Source of the DNA: Candidatus Heimdallarchaeum endolithica | GTDB taxonomy: Archaea > Asgardarchaeota > Heimdallarchaeia > Heimdallarchaeales > Heimdallarchaeaceae | NCBI GenBank assembly: GCA_021513715.1 | Contig: CP084167.1 | Location: forward strand, 192,001 to 256,000 | Direction of reading: 5' to 3' | DNA: 64,000 bases | Shown here: positions 8,900 through 18,318 of the stretch, piece after piece | How positions within the stretch are numbered: the stretch's first letter is position 1 | Layout: each line of letters begins with the position of its first letter | The notes under the pieces: model-generated | What the model was told of the DNA's origin: nothing | Seen by the model: the letters and a program-made list of their open reading frames with translations, nothing else | The model's database searches: none | Made by a program: the position numbers and the translations under genes

Positions 8900-11890
8900 A
8901 TGAACTATTACAGTTGTACAAACTGTAACTCAAAAATTGAGATAGAATGGGATTTCTGTGAAAATTGCAGAGCTGAAATTATTAAATGTAAAATATGTTT
9001 TACACCCTTTAACAAAGAAGATTTAGCTTATCAATGTCCTTTTTGCAGAAGTCTATTTCACACTGATCATTTAGAGCAATGGTATAAAATAAACGAATAT
9101 TGTCCACATTGTAAAAAAGTGGAAAAAATAAGCGATTTTATTAAAATCTCACTTAGTTCATTTCGTGAATATAGATTTGATTTAGACAAAGATGGAAAAA
9201 TTGACCCTTCTTTACTTACACAGATGAATTTTCAAGGAGGTTTTTGGCAATCTCAGAAGTTAATTCTTGAAAAATTTGAACAAAAGATTAGTTCTGTTGA
9301 AAAGAAGTTTTACGTAGCGTCTCCTCCAGGTTCAGGAAAAACGATTGTGGGTCTTGAAATTGCAAAAAGGATAGCAAAGAACACTCTAGTCTTGACACCT
9401 AATTTTTCTACTCAAGAACAATGGATAGATAAAATAAAATTGTTTCTTAATAAAGAATCTAATATTATTAACACAATGATAGGTGCAAATGACCCGAAAT
9501 CAAGTGCTCCGATAACAGTAATGACCTATCAACGTTTTTCAGTTTATTCTCAAGATGAAGAAATGTTAATTCATTTTGCAGAACAGATGTGGTTAAAAGA
9601 TATAAATGAAGATGATAAAGAATTTATTGAATCCTTGAAAAAAAACAATTACGAAGAATATAGCATAAGATTAAATGAATATATCAATAAAATAAGACAT
9701 AAAATAATAAAAGGAGATTTTACATTTTCTGATATAAAAATTAGAGATATTCTACATAAAAACACTCTAGAAATAATTGATACACTAAAAAACAAAGGAA
9801 TTGGACTAATAATTTTAGATGAATGCCATCATCTTACATCAATATGGGCATATATTGTAAATTACCTTATTAAGGAATTTAACAGCCCTTTCATTTTAGG
9901 ATTAACTGCAACCCCTCCAATTGATATGAATACCGAAAGTGAAGAAGTAGGAATATATGAACTACTTTTTGGAACGGTTGATATTGAAATTCCTACTCCT
10001 GCGGCTGTGAAACAAAAAAACATTGCACCTTATCAAGATTTGTTATATCTCACCTATCCCCAAGAGGATGAAATAAGAGAAATAGAAGAAGAATTCAAAC
10101 CTTTAAGAAAACTTTTTTCTTCATTTAAATATAGAGATCTTAAAGGACCTCTTGAATTTCTTAAAGAAGAATATAAAAATAATCAGTTAAACACATTAAA
10201 AAAATATAAAAACGATGATCTACTGAATAAAATAAATCAACTTTTTGAAGAACAAGAAGAAATTGATCAAGAAATTTTTACATTAAATGAATTATTTATA
10301 ATTCTCCATTCTTACTACTGGAATTATGTTAAAAAACAAGAGAACTTCAATTCTAAAAAAACCTTGGACTATTATAATAAATTAGAGAGATTTTTCGAGA
10401 AATTTGTGAATGTAGAAGATTTAATAAAAGAAAAAGAAAAAACATTTAGATTTCTTAATTCTAGTAAATCAAGACTAAATGCAGTTGTTGATATTTTGGA
10501 GCACGAATTTTTACATTTAAAAGAGAAACTGCGTTCAGTCGTAATTTATGATTTTTCTGCAGAAAATTTATCGTTGAATATTCTAGAAAAACTCATTTCA
10601 AATTCAACAACTAATCAATTAGATCCAGTTTCTATCTCATCATCGTCAATATTTACAGATAAAGATATAGCCAATCAAATACTAAAAGAAAGTGAAAGAT
10701 GGAAAGAGAATTTTAAATTTGACATCAAACTATCAATCAAAGAAACAGAAAATAATAAAATCGTTCAAATCGAAGGAAATGGACTAGATTGGAGAACAGG
10801 AATATATACTCTTCTTTTTACTTATTTGCTTGAGAAGGGGATAACAAAATGTTTGATTGGTCCAAGAAACATATTAGGAGAGGGTTGGGATTCTGTTAAA
10901 TTAAATACACTTGTAGATCTAACTTCAGTATCAGCCTACCAAACTGTTATCCAAACTAAAGGAAGAGCATATAGAGTAGACGAAACAGATTACCTAAAAA
11001 TAAGTAATATTTGGGATATAGCAGTAATTGATCCTAGTTTACCTTTTGGACTTAGCACTTTTTATAATATACAAAGAAAACATGAACACTTTTATGGATT
11101 ATCAGAAGATGGTATAATAGAAAAAGGGATAGGTCATATTTATCCCTCAATTTATGAAGATATAAGTGAGATAGCAAAAGACATCAGTAAATTTAACAAA
11201 ATTATGATAAACAAGGCATTACAAAGAGAAAAAACTTATAACCAGTGGAAAATTGGAGAAAAATATGATAATGTAGAATTATTATCTTATGACTTAAAAT
11301 TTGAAGATAGAAACTTTATCATTCCTGTTGTGAATGATGCTTATGGAGTTATACGATATAAAAATTATGGAAAAAGGTTTTCACGCAAGGGGTATATAGA
11401 TTTTGAAGAGAAACTAATCACAGACTTACTATCTAATGCTTTTCAGAGTCTTATTCTATTAAATGAATATAAAATATCTCAAGAAAAGAAAAATGAAACC
11501 TTATCCTTAATAAGTGATGAAATAAAAAATGCAACTTTTAGTCAAAGAATGGGAAATTATTATCGTTTATTGCTTCCAAGTATTAATCCAAAAGTCGAGT
11601 CTGTACTAGATACCATGCTTATGCTTCAAAATGCGAATATTGGAATTTCAATTAAAGAGTTAACTGAAAATGGAACAATAATCAAGAATAGCAACAAGAT
11701 TGAAGAAACAATGCTTAAACAGTTAATTGTTTTTGGATTTTCATTCTTAAAAACTGAAGAAATTAATCAACTTCTGGTTATTTGGAATAGAGTAGTTGCA
11801 CTTGGAGAAATAATAAAAGAAGAAATTGTTCAAGAGAAAGAAAGACATAAAAGGATCTTCAAGGTAAATAAAAAAATAATATGGATGTAG
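8900..11890 (+). CDS. SF2 (ResIII/XPB-like) DExH helicase with N-terminal zinc ribbon and RING-like finger
   Basis: CTNC..CENC ribbon; CKIC-x12-CPFC-x4-HTDH-x10-CPHC RING-like; Walker A SPPGSGKT, DECHH, GLTATP, GEGWD, QTKGRAYR. Confidence 0.85.
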   Translation: MNYYSCTNCNSKIEIEWDFCENCRAEIIKCKICFTPFNKEDLAYQCPFCRSLFHTDHLEQWYKINEYCPHCKKVEKISDFIKISLSSFREYRFDLDKDGKIDPSLLTQMNFQGGFWQSQKLILEKFEQKISSVEKKFYVASPPGSGKTIVGLEIAKRIAKNTLVLTPNFSTQEQWIDKIKLFLNKESNIINTMIGANDPKSSAPITVMTYQRFSVYSQDEEMLIHFAEQMWLKDINEDDKEFIESLKKNNYEEYSIRLNEYINKIRHKIIKGDFTFSDIKIRDILHKNTLEIIDTLKNKGIGLIILDECHHLTSIWAYIVNYLIKEFNSPFILGLTATPPIDMNTESEEVGIYELLFGTVDIEIPTPAAVKQKNIAPYQDLLYLTYPQEDEIREIEEEFKPLRKLFSSFKYRDLKGPLEFLKEEYKNNQLNTLKKYKNDDLLNKINQLFEEQEEIDQEIFTLNELFIILHSYYWNYVKKQENFNSKKTLDYYNKLERFFEKFVNVEDLIKEKEKTFRFLNSSKSRLNAVVDILEHEFLHLKEKLRSVVIYDFSAENLSLNILEKLISNSTTNQLDPVSISSSSIFTDKDIANQILKESERWKENFKFDIKLSIKETENNKIVQIEGNGLDWRTGIYTLLFTYLLEKGITKCLIGPRNILGEGWDSVKLNTLVDLTSVSAYQTVIQTKGRAYRVDETDYLKISNIWDIAVIDPSLPFGLSTFYNIQRKHEHFYGLSEDGIIEKGIGHIYPSIYEDISEIAKDISKFNKIMINKALQREKTYNQWKIGEKYDNVELLSYDLKFEDRNFIIPVVNDAYGVIRYKNYGKRFSRKGYIDFEEKLITDLLSNAFQSLILLNEYKISQEKKNETLSLISDEIKNATFSQRMGNYYRLLLPSINPKVESVLDTMLMLQNANIGISIKELTENGTIIKNSNKIEETMLKQLIVFGFSFLKTEEINQLLVIWNRVVALGEIIKEEIVQEKERHKRIFKVNKKIIWM

Positions 11891-11894
11891 AGAA

Positions 11895-13397
11895 ATGGAA
11901 AGTAAAAAAAGAAATCAACTTATCTCTAAAAAGAGGAAAGAAGTTAGAGTAAAAACTAACAATTTCATAAAAAAAGGAGGAGTTGAAGATTACAACTTTT
12001 ATTCCAAAAATATTTCATATAATCAAAGAGAATTATTAATAGATTTTCTTAATTGGAAGATAAAAAATCAAAGGGAGATTATTTTTGATGGCTACTACTC
12101 CAGAAACACAAAAAATGATGATAGTAATCAAGAAACACTTTCTGATTTGTATCCTCTTAATAGAACAACTGACACAAAGAAAATATTAGAAGAGACATTT
12201 ACAATATGGAGTTTTATTTTTCCTAATATCTTCCTTTTAGGTTTCTCATCTCTACTTAATTTTCTTATTCTCTGCTCATTTTCTAGAGCTGAAAGTAGCA
12301 CTCAATCATCTTTAGTTTCAACATGGTTATATATATTTATGTTCGCATTTTACCCTATATTCTCTTTTCTAATTGGTTATGAAGCCTTTAAATTACTATT
12401 TTATTTATTAAAAAAATCTGTTGATAGAACTAGGCATCAGAATTTTAGAATCGAAAACAGTGCTCAAGCAATAGGTATTTTAATATTGATGGTTCTTTCA
12501 CCCGTTCTGCTTTATGTCTCTTTCAATAAGAATATAAATCTAACAACTGCATATTACGCTACTTTCATACTTATTTTAGCTAGTTCTTTTTTCCCTATCA
12601 TCCTCATTTTTTCATATTTTATTGTAACAAGACTAGTAGAAACTTCAAAAAACAAGAAAAATATAAAAGCAATATTCTCAAAATTAAAAGAAAAAGAGGA
12701 ACTACCTGAAGAATGGAATTTATCTCAAGTTTCTTTTGGTAATAAAAAAGAAATGTTTTACAAAGTCCCTCGCAGAGAAGTTAAATGGAAAAAACTTTTA
12801 CAACCTTTTTACTTTAAAGATTACGAAAACAACTATGAAAAATTTCTAAACTTCAAGTATTTCACTTCTTATAAACAAAGAACAAAAATCAAAGAAGATT
12901 TGAAAAAAGATTACAAGTATTTTGCCCTGATTTTAGGTAGTCTAATTGTCCTAATTGTTTCTGTAGTCTTTTTTGTTATTTACTTTTGGGAAGAAAATTA
13001 CACCTATAAGCTCATAGTTCTCTATCTGTTGTTCAGTTTTATAATAGAAGCAATGATAAAAACAGAACAAGTCTTTTTTGACGATCTTTACATGAGCTCA
13101 ATAAATGATGTACTAAAAAAAGAATATGTAGTTAAATGGAAAATCATAGATAATCATTTATTCATACTAACAACGAAAAACAAGGTTCTAAAATCAACAC
13201 CGATAATAAAAATAAAAAGCATAAAATCAGACTTAGTCATGCCTGAAATTTTTCTTAACAAAAATCAAGAAATGTCTTTAGAGATTACTTTTGAAAATTC
13301 TCGAAAGTTTATACTATTTGGATATAAAAAAGAACGATTAGAAGGTATTAGAAAAAAAGTCATTAAGTTAAAAAATAAGGTATCTAGCTTGAGTTAA
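11895..13397 (+). CDS. Multi-pass membrane protein of unknown function
   Basis: About 6 hydrophobic segments; starts 4 nt after the helicase stop. Confidence 0.7.
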   Translation: MESKKRNQLISKKRKEVRVKTNNFIKKGGVEDYNFYSKNISYNQRELLIDFLNWKIKNQREIIFDGYYSRNTKNDDSNQETLSDLYPLNRTTDTKKILEETFTIWSFIFPNIFLLGFSSLLNFLILCSFSRAESSTQSSLVSTWLYIFMFAFYPIFSFLIGYEAFKLLFYLLKKSVDRTRHQNFRIENSAQAIGILILMVLSPVLLYVSFNKNINLTTAYYATFILILASSFFPIILIFSYFIVTRLVETSKNKKNIKAIFSKLKEKEELPEEWNLSQVSFGNKKEMFYKVPRREVKWKKLLQPFYFKDYENNYEKFLNFKYFTSYKQRTKIKEDLKKDYKYFALILGSLIVLIVSVVFFVIYFWEENYTYKLIVLYLLFSFIIEAMIKTEQVFFDDLYMSSINDVLKKEYVVKWKIIDNHLFILTTKNKVLKSTPIIKIKSIKSDLVMPEIFLNKNQEMSLEITFENSRKFILFGYKKERLEGIRKKVIKLKNKVSSLS

Positions 13398-14100
13398 GAA
13401 CATAAGGTATTTTATTCATTATTCTTAATTCCTTTTTTTCTGGAGAAAAAGCGCACCTTACAGCTATTATTTTTACTCCTCCTTTTGAACTTTCAACTAG
13501 TTCATTAGCAAAATTTCTATCACGTTTCCAATTAGGACTAAAACTCTTAGCATCTGATCTTTTTACTATAAAAACAATAAAAGCTTCATATTTTTTTTCT
13601 TGAACTGCTTTTTCAAGTTCTTTTAAGTGTTTTACTCCTCTCCTTGTCGGGGCATCAGGAAAAAAAGCAATGTTTTTTTCCACTAATGTTACGCTTTTTA
13701 CTTCAACTAAAGCTTGCTTATTTTCTTTTAAATTTTCTAGTAAAAAATCAATTCTACTATCACCAAAACTAAATTCACTCTTAAGAATCTTATAGTTTTG
13801 GAAATCTTTGATTTTACTCATGTCAGATTGAAAGAGTTTGTTACTAACCTGTGAATCAATGTTTACCCAAGTGCTGTTTTCTGCTTTAACACCAATTAGA
13901 GAATATTTTGTTTTTCTATTCATCCTAGTCTCTTTTCTTACAAAGACTTCAACACCAGGTAAAAGCAATTCTTTTAATCGTCCAGGATCTGGAACGTGGC
14001 AATACTCAACTTTTTCATTAGAGTAGAGTTCTATTTTAGCTAAAAATCTGTTAGGCCTATCTAGAAATCTAGCATAAGTATATTCTCCTTCTATTATCAT
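13384..14100 (-). CDS. sfsA: SfsA family DNA/RNA nuclease
   Basis: RPNRF, HVPDPGRLKELL, SRIDFLL, VEVKSVTL, FPDAPTRRGVKHL. Confidence 0.95.
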   Translation of the reverse strand: MIIEGEYTYARFLDRPNRFLAKIELYSNEKVEYCHVPDPGRLKELLLPGVEVFVRKETRMNRKTKYSLIGVKAENSTWVNIDSQVSNKLFQSDMSKIKDFQNYKILKSEFSFGDSRIDFLLENLKENKQALVEVKSVTLVEKNIAFFPDAPTRRGVKHLKELEKAVQEKKYEAFIVFIVKRSDAKSFSPNWKRDRNFANELVESSKGGVKIIAVRCAFSPEKKELRIMNKIPYVLNSS

Positions 14101-14221
14101 TATTGAGGAGAGAGTTATTTAAAAACTATTAATGTTTTTGGTAAAAAAACCTAAAACCTTAATATTTGTCCGACAAAAAAATAGAAAGAAATAAAAAGAG
14201 ATAATTATTTTTATACTTAAG

Positions 14222-14252
14222 GAAGATTCAACTTAGTTGAGTCTTCTTTTTC
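14222..14252. terminator. Intergenic stem-loop downstream of the histone gene
   Basis: GAAGATTCAAC-tta-GTTGAGTCTTC (11 bp, one G-T) followed by a T-run on the + strand. Confidence 0.4.
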
Positions 14253-14275
14253 CCTATCAAATCTTGTCGAGAATT

Positions 14276-14479
14276 TTATACATCTCTAGCAGAGAGTGTC
14301 TTTCTGTTGTTAGCCTTTGTTCTTTCAGCAGCAGATTGAATCAATCCAGCTACTTCAGTATTGAGTGCCTCAATAAAGTCTGAACTCATTTGGAATTCTC
14401 CAAGGCTCTTAACATATTCTCGAACTTTTGATTTGACGATAAGGATATCAGCTTTTGATGCAGTCTTCTTTTTCGCCAT
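14276..14479 (-). CDS. Histone-fold protein, truncated-alpha3 type (face-to-face/Bd0055-like) with short Lys-rich N-terminal extension
   Basis: LIVKSKVREY...MSSDFIEALN...AAERTKANNRKTLSARDV; RKT..RD end with no full alpha3; strong SD GGAGGT. Confidence 0.85.
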   Translation of the reverse strand: MAKKKTASKADILIVKSKVREYVKSLGEFQMSSDFIEALNTEVAGLIQSAAERTKANNRKTLSARDV

Positions 14480-14505
14480 AGTTCTAACCTCCTAAAAGGT
14501 TCAAG

Positions 14506-14528
14506 TACTAGTTATAAAAGAACTAGTA
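14506..14528. promoter_or_regulatory. Inverted repeat (putative operator) at the histone promoter
   Basis: TACTAGTT-7 nt-AACTAGTA abutting a minus-strand TTTAAATA box. Confidence 0.4.
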
Positions 14529-14724
14529 TTTAAACTTTAGTCTAAAATTAAAGAAAAAAACCTCTAAGTTAATCCTATAACTTGTCTGAATCTAAATAGT
14601 AATCTAACCGCTTGTAATTAATAAAGAAAGTAATAGCGCGTCTAGATGGAAAATATCGAAATATAAGGTTTTGAACGTGACTTTTAATAGTATTTCTAGA
14701 AAAGAGATTATAAAAAAGATTTTT

Positions 14725-15921
14725 CTAAAATCGAGTATTTACAAAAACAATTGGGTCTTCAGGCTGCTCTTTATCCTTTAATTCTTCGATTTTAGTAATC
14801 ATTGTTCTTATATCTTCTTCTCTAATATCTCTTCCACCCAACCCTGCAATAAAGTTTATTATAGGAATATTAAGACCATATAGTGCGTTTCTGACTTCAG
14901 CAAAAAACTGTCCTGTTGATCCATAAGACAAACTTCTATCAAAAACTCCAATTGCTTTCTTATCTTTCAAGGCTTCTCTTATTTCTTCAAAGGGGAAAGG
15001 TCTGAAGAACCTGATTTTAAGAAGACCTATCTTTATTCCTTTTTCTCTTAATTCATCAACTACTGTCCTTGCTGTTCCTGTTGTTGACCCCACAACTGTT
15101 AAGGCTATTTCAGCGTCTTCTAACTTGTAAACATCTACTAATCCTCCATAATTTCGTCCGAATCTTTTTGCGAATTCTTCATTTACTTCTTGAATGACGC
15201 TTTTTGCTTTTCTCATTGCCATATGCATTTGATATTTGGCTTCCATGTGATAAGCTGGAGGAACAATTATTCCTTGAGCTAAAGGTCTTTCTATATCCAA
15301 ATAAGCATGCTCAGGTTTATAAGGAGGAAGAAACTCATCAACTTCTTTTTCTCCCAAAATTTCAACAGTATCAGAAGTGTGGGTAAGAATATATCCATCA
15401 CCACAGACCATTATTGGGAGTAATACATCCTTATTTTCAGCAATTTTGTAAGCTTGAATAATCATATCAAAAACTTCCTGATTATCCTCAACATAAACTT
15501 GAAGCCAAGCAGTATCTCGTTCAGGCATAGTGTCTGAATATTCAGGCCAGATACCCCCAGGACTCATGAGTGTACGGTTAGCTACAAACATCACAACAGG
15601 TAAACGCATTCCACCAGTAGCAGCTACTACTTCATGCATATAAGCTAAACCTTGAGAAGCAGTTGCAGTAAAAGTTCGAACTCCTGTACCTTGTGCTGCT
15701 GCTACAACAGTCATTGCACTATGTTCAGACTCTACTCTAACATATTCAGCATCAAGATCACCTGAAGCACAGTAATCAGCAAGGTATTCAACGATCGTTG
15801 TTTGAGGAGATATAGGATAAGCAGCAATAACTTTTGGTTTTGCACGAACAGCTGCTAAAGCTACTGCTTGATTTGCTGTAATCATATCTTTATAGGTCTC
15901 TTTTTTGAGCATGCTAAACAA
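14725..15921 (-). CDS. porA: 2-oxoacid:ferredoxin oxidoreductase alpha subunit
   Basis: AAYPISPQT, VESEHSA, TATASQGL, VANR, DGYILTH, RFFRPFP, GLGGRD. Confidence 0.93.
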   Translation of the reverse strand: MFSMLKKETYKDMITANQAVALAAVRAKPKVIAAYPISPQTTIVEYLADYCASGDLDAEYVRVESEHSAMTVVAAAQGTGVRTFTATASQGLAYMHEVVAATGGMRLPVVMFVANRTLMSPGGIWPEYSDTMPERDTAWLQVYVEDNQEVFDMIIQAYKIAENKDVLLPIMVCGDGYILTHTSDTVEILGEKEVDEFLPPYKPEHAYLDIERPLAQGIIVPPAYHMEAKYQMHMAMRKAKSVIQEVNEEFAKRFGRNYGGLVDVYKLEDAEIALTVVGSTTGTARTVVDELREKGIKIGLLKIRFFRPFPFEEIREALKDKKAIGVFDRSLSYGSTGQFFAEVRNALYGLNIPIINFIAGLGGRDIREEDIRTMITKIEELKDKEQPEDPIVFVNTRF

Positions 15922-16122
15922 AAAAAAGACAATTATTTATTAAAGTTCACTATACAACTCTATTTTTATATAAGTAATTCTAGTCAAAAAAAAACTTACA
16001 CAATCTTCATCCTTATAATTAGAAATAATATCATTCAAGATAACAATATTCAAAACAATAAATAAAAACAATAACAAAAATAGAAACAAAACAAATAAAA
16101 TTTTGAAAGATAATACAAAAAA

Positions 16123-16266
16123 CTACTCTTCTTCTTTAGGTTTTGTCGGGATTTTACCTTCCAACTTTTTAGCTATTTCATCTACATCTGAACTTGATTC
16201 CCCAGTTTTTTCAAGTAATTCTTTTTTCAATTCTGGATCCATTTTTCTATCTTCTTCTTCTGACAT
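16123..16266 (-). CDS. Small charged hypothetical protein (47 aa)
   Basis: MSEEEDRKMDPELKKELLEKTGESSSDVDEIAKKLEGKIPTKPKEEE*; GAGTGG upstream; below the ORF-track cutoff, and it explains the antisense ORF 16103-16297. Confidence 0.6.
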   Translation of the reverse strand: MSEEEDRKMDPELKKELLEKTGESSSDVDEIAKKLEGKIPTKPKEEE

Positions 16267-16359
16267 TTTAACCACTCAAGAATTCTTTAATTTATAGAGA
16301 GTTTTAAAAAATAAAAAGATTGTGTTTGTTCTAGCATATTTTTTCCTAATTAGTTAAAA

Positions 16360-17363
16360 AAGCATGTCCAAAAATTAATTTTTATTAATGTGGGGGTTTA
16401 TGTCGGAATTATGACTTACTTTCAGATCATAGACCCCCACAAAGTAAGAGAATTCATAATCATTAATGAACCTTTCCTTAAGAAACTGGTGAAAGAGGAA
16501 CCGAGAGAAAGTAAGAGAGGGAGAAAAAGAATAGCAGAAAGGTGGGTGATACTGGCTTTAGCAATTATTGCGAGAATAGAAGGAATAGCTTGGAGGAAGT
16601 TAGAGGAAAAGTTGTCTTTATGCGCTTTTTTGATAGAAGAGGGGTGGATGAAGAAGATTCCTTCCAAATCTACTTTTCATGCAGTGTGGAGAGCGACAGA
16701 AAGTAAGTTGCTGGAGCGGTGGATAATAGATTTAGGTAGGGAAATAGTGAGGAAAAAAGGCTTGAAATCTATGGCAGTGGACAGTTCAGGTTTTAAAATT
16801 CGTCAGGCTTCTGTTTGGCGTTTTCTCAAGTGGGCAAGAGGAGGACTAAAGAAAACCTCTAAACTTTTCTGGAAGATACACCTTATAGTTGGTTTACCCT
16901 CTCGAGCTATAGTCTCTTTAGCTCATTCTGCTAGTAACACTCACGATAGTAAAGTCTTCGGTTTGCTCTGGCAGAAACTTCCTTCTGCACTCTTGAGACC
17001 TTTCTTGCGATTTTATGGAGACTGTGCCTACTGGACAGAAAATATCGTGGGACTTCTAAAACAACATTCTTTCTTCCCCGTCATTCCTCCAAAAAGTAAT
17101 GCTCGTTATCCCTCTCCTCCTCCCCTCGGACCAATAATTCAAGCTCATCGTCTCTACCCTGGTCTGTATCGCCATAATCATCATCCCGAGTATCGTAGTA
17201 GTATTGAACACGTCTTTGGTCTCCTCAAACTCTCTCTTCCCCCAATCCTTGATCGTTTACCCTCCACCATCCTCTCTACCTTGTACAGTTCTCTCTTCTG
17301 TTACAACTACCTTTTACTCCTTCGGACCGTTTAGTTGGTGAAAAAGAATTTTTGGACATGCTT
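16360..17363 (+). mobile_element. Insertion sequence copy 1 (1004 bp; DDE_Tnp_1 clan, IS5/IS982-like)
   Basis: 17-bp TIR AAGCATGTCCAAAAATT/AATTTTTGGACATGCTT; 6-bp target duplication TTAAAA (16354-59, 17364-69). Confidence 0.95.
16390..17334 (+). CDS. DDE transposase (likely start ATG 16411)
   Basis: AVDSSG, KIHL, HDS, GDCAY, YRSSIEHVFGLLK catalytic motifs. Confidence 0.92.
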   Translation: MGVYVGIMTYFQIIDPHKVREFIIINEPFLKKLVKEEPRESKRGRKRIAERWVILALAIIARIEGIAWRKLEEKLSLCAFLIEEGWMKKIPSKSTFHAVWRATESKLLERWIIDLGREIVRKKGLKSMAVDSSGFKIRQASVWRFLKWARGGLKKTSKLFWKIHLIVGLPSRAIVSLAHSASNTHDSKVFGLLWQKLPSALLRPFLRFYGDCAYWTENIVGLLKQHSFFPVIPPKSNARYPSPPPLGPIIQAHRLYPGLYRHNHHPEYRSSIEHVFGLLKLSLPPILDRLPSTILSTLYSSLFCYNYLLLLRTV

Positions 17364-17625
17364 TTAAAAAAAAACATTTGAGAACGACTATAATTTAAGA
17401 ATAGCAAATTACTATTAAAATTGTTTTAAATATTTTTATATTTAATAGTTCTCTTTATTAAAGAAAGACGGGGTTTTATTATATATCTCTTTTTTCTACT
17501 ATTAGAAGTTTTTATTACTATAATAAATAAAAAGAGGAAAAAAGTTGTAAAAATTTCTCAATTTTTTATAACTTTCTGAGATAAAAATAATGCTTAAAAA
17601 TAGAGGGGATATTTAACCTATAATT

Positions 17626-18216
17626 ATGATTAGTGAAAAAGACGCATCACAAAGAGAACCAAGGTTTGATTTAAATAAAGAAGAATTGCTAAAAGCAATT
17701 GTTGATGCAGTTGAATCATTTAGAGACTTTGAACACAAGGTAGATTGGCAACCGGTAGCTATTGACACTTCAACTATTGCTAGATATATAGCATATGGAC
17801 AATTTGAATCATTTTTAGGAGCATCACAACATCCATCATGGGTCAACTTGTATAACAGAATAAACTATTTTCTTAAAAAATTCGTAGAAAGAAAAGGTGG
17901 AAAGTGGTATTTTCCAAAGGATTTCTCAAAAAAAGTTGAAGAATATCTTAAAGAAAATCTAGAAACATTAGATTTTCCTCCTGACTTGCTAGATCCCCAA
18001 AAAGTTACTGACAAGAGGAGCAATTTTATGAAAAATCAGGAAAAGGAATCAAGTTTTAAATCTGATTTTGTTGTCATAAATTTTGGAGATTATATCCAAG
18101 AGAAGAAAATATTTGTATGCAAGATCTGCAAAGAAACCTTTGAAACAAAAAAATCTATAATAGAACATATAAAGAATCATTCTCTGGAATCATTTTTATC
18201 AGTAAGTAATCTTTAA
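17626..18216 (+). CDS. Hypothetical protein with C-terminal C2H2 zinc finger
   Basis: FVCKICKETFETKKSIIEHIKNH. Confidence 0.75.
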   Translation: MISEKDASQREPRFDLNKEELLKAIVDAVESFRDFEHKVDWQPVAIDTSTIARYIAYGQFESFLGASQHPSWVNLYNRINYFLKKFVERKGGKWYFPKDFSKKVEEYLKENLETLDFPPDLLDPQKVTDKRSNFMKNQEKESSFKSDFVVINFGDYIQEKKIFVCKICKETFETKKSIIEHIKNHSLESFLSVSNL

Positions 18217-18318
18217 CTTTCTAACTAGCAACTGTTTTTTCTTTTTTTGATATTATGCTTATTTTAAATAATTATCAGCAATGAATTTTTAAGTGTTAAA
18301 TACAATATTTCTTAAAGG

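Noticed and set aside
16360-17363. This IS as the autonomous partner of the two small elements
   Set aside because: Its TIR (AAGCATGTCC) and 6-bp duplication differ from the CCATGA ends and duplication-free insertion; only CATG is shared.
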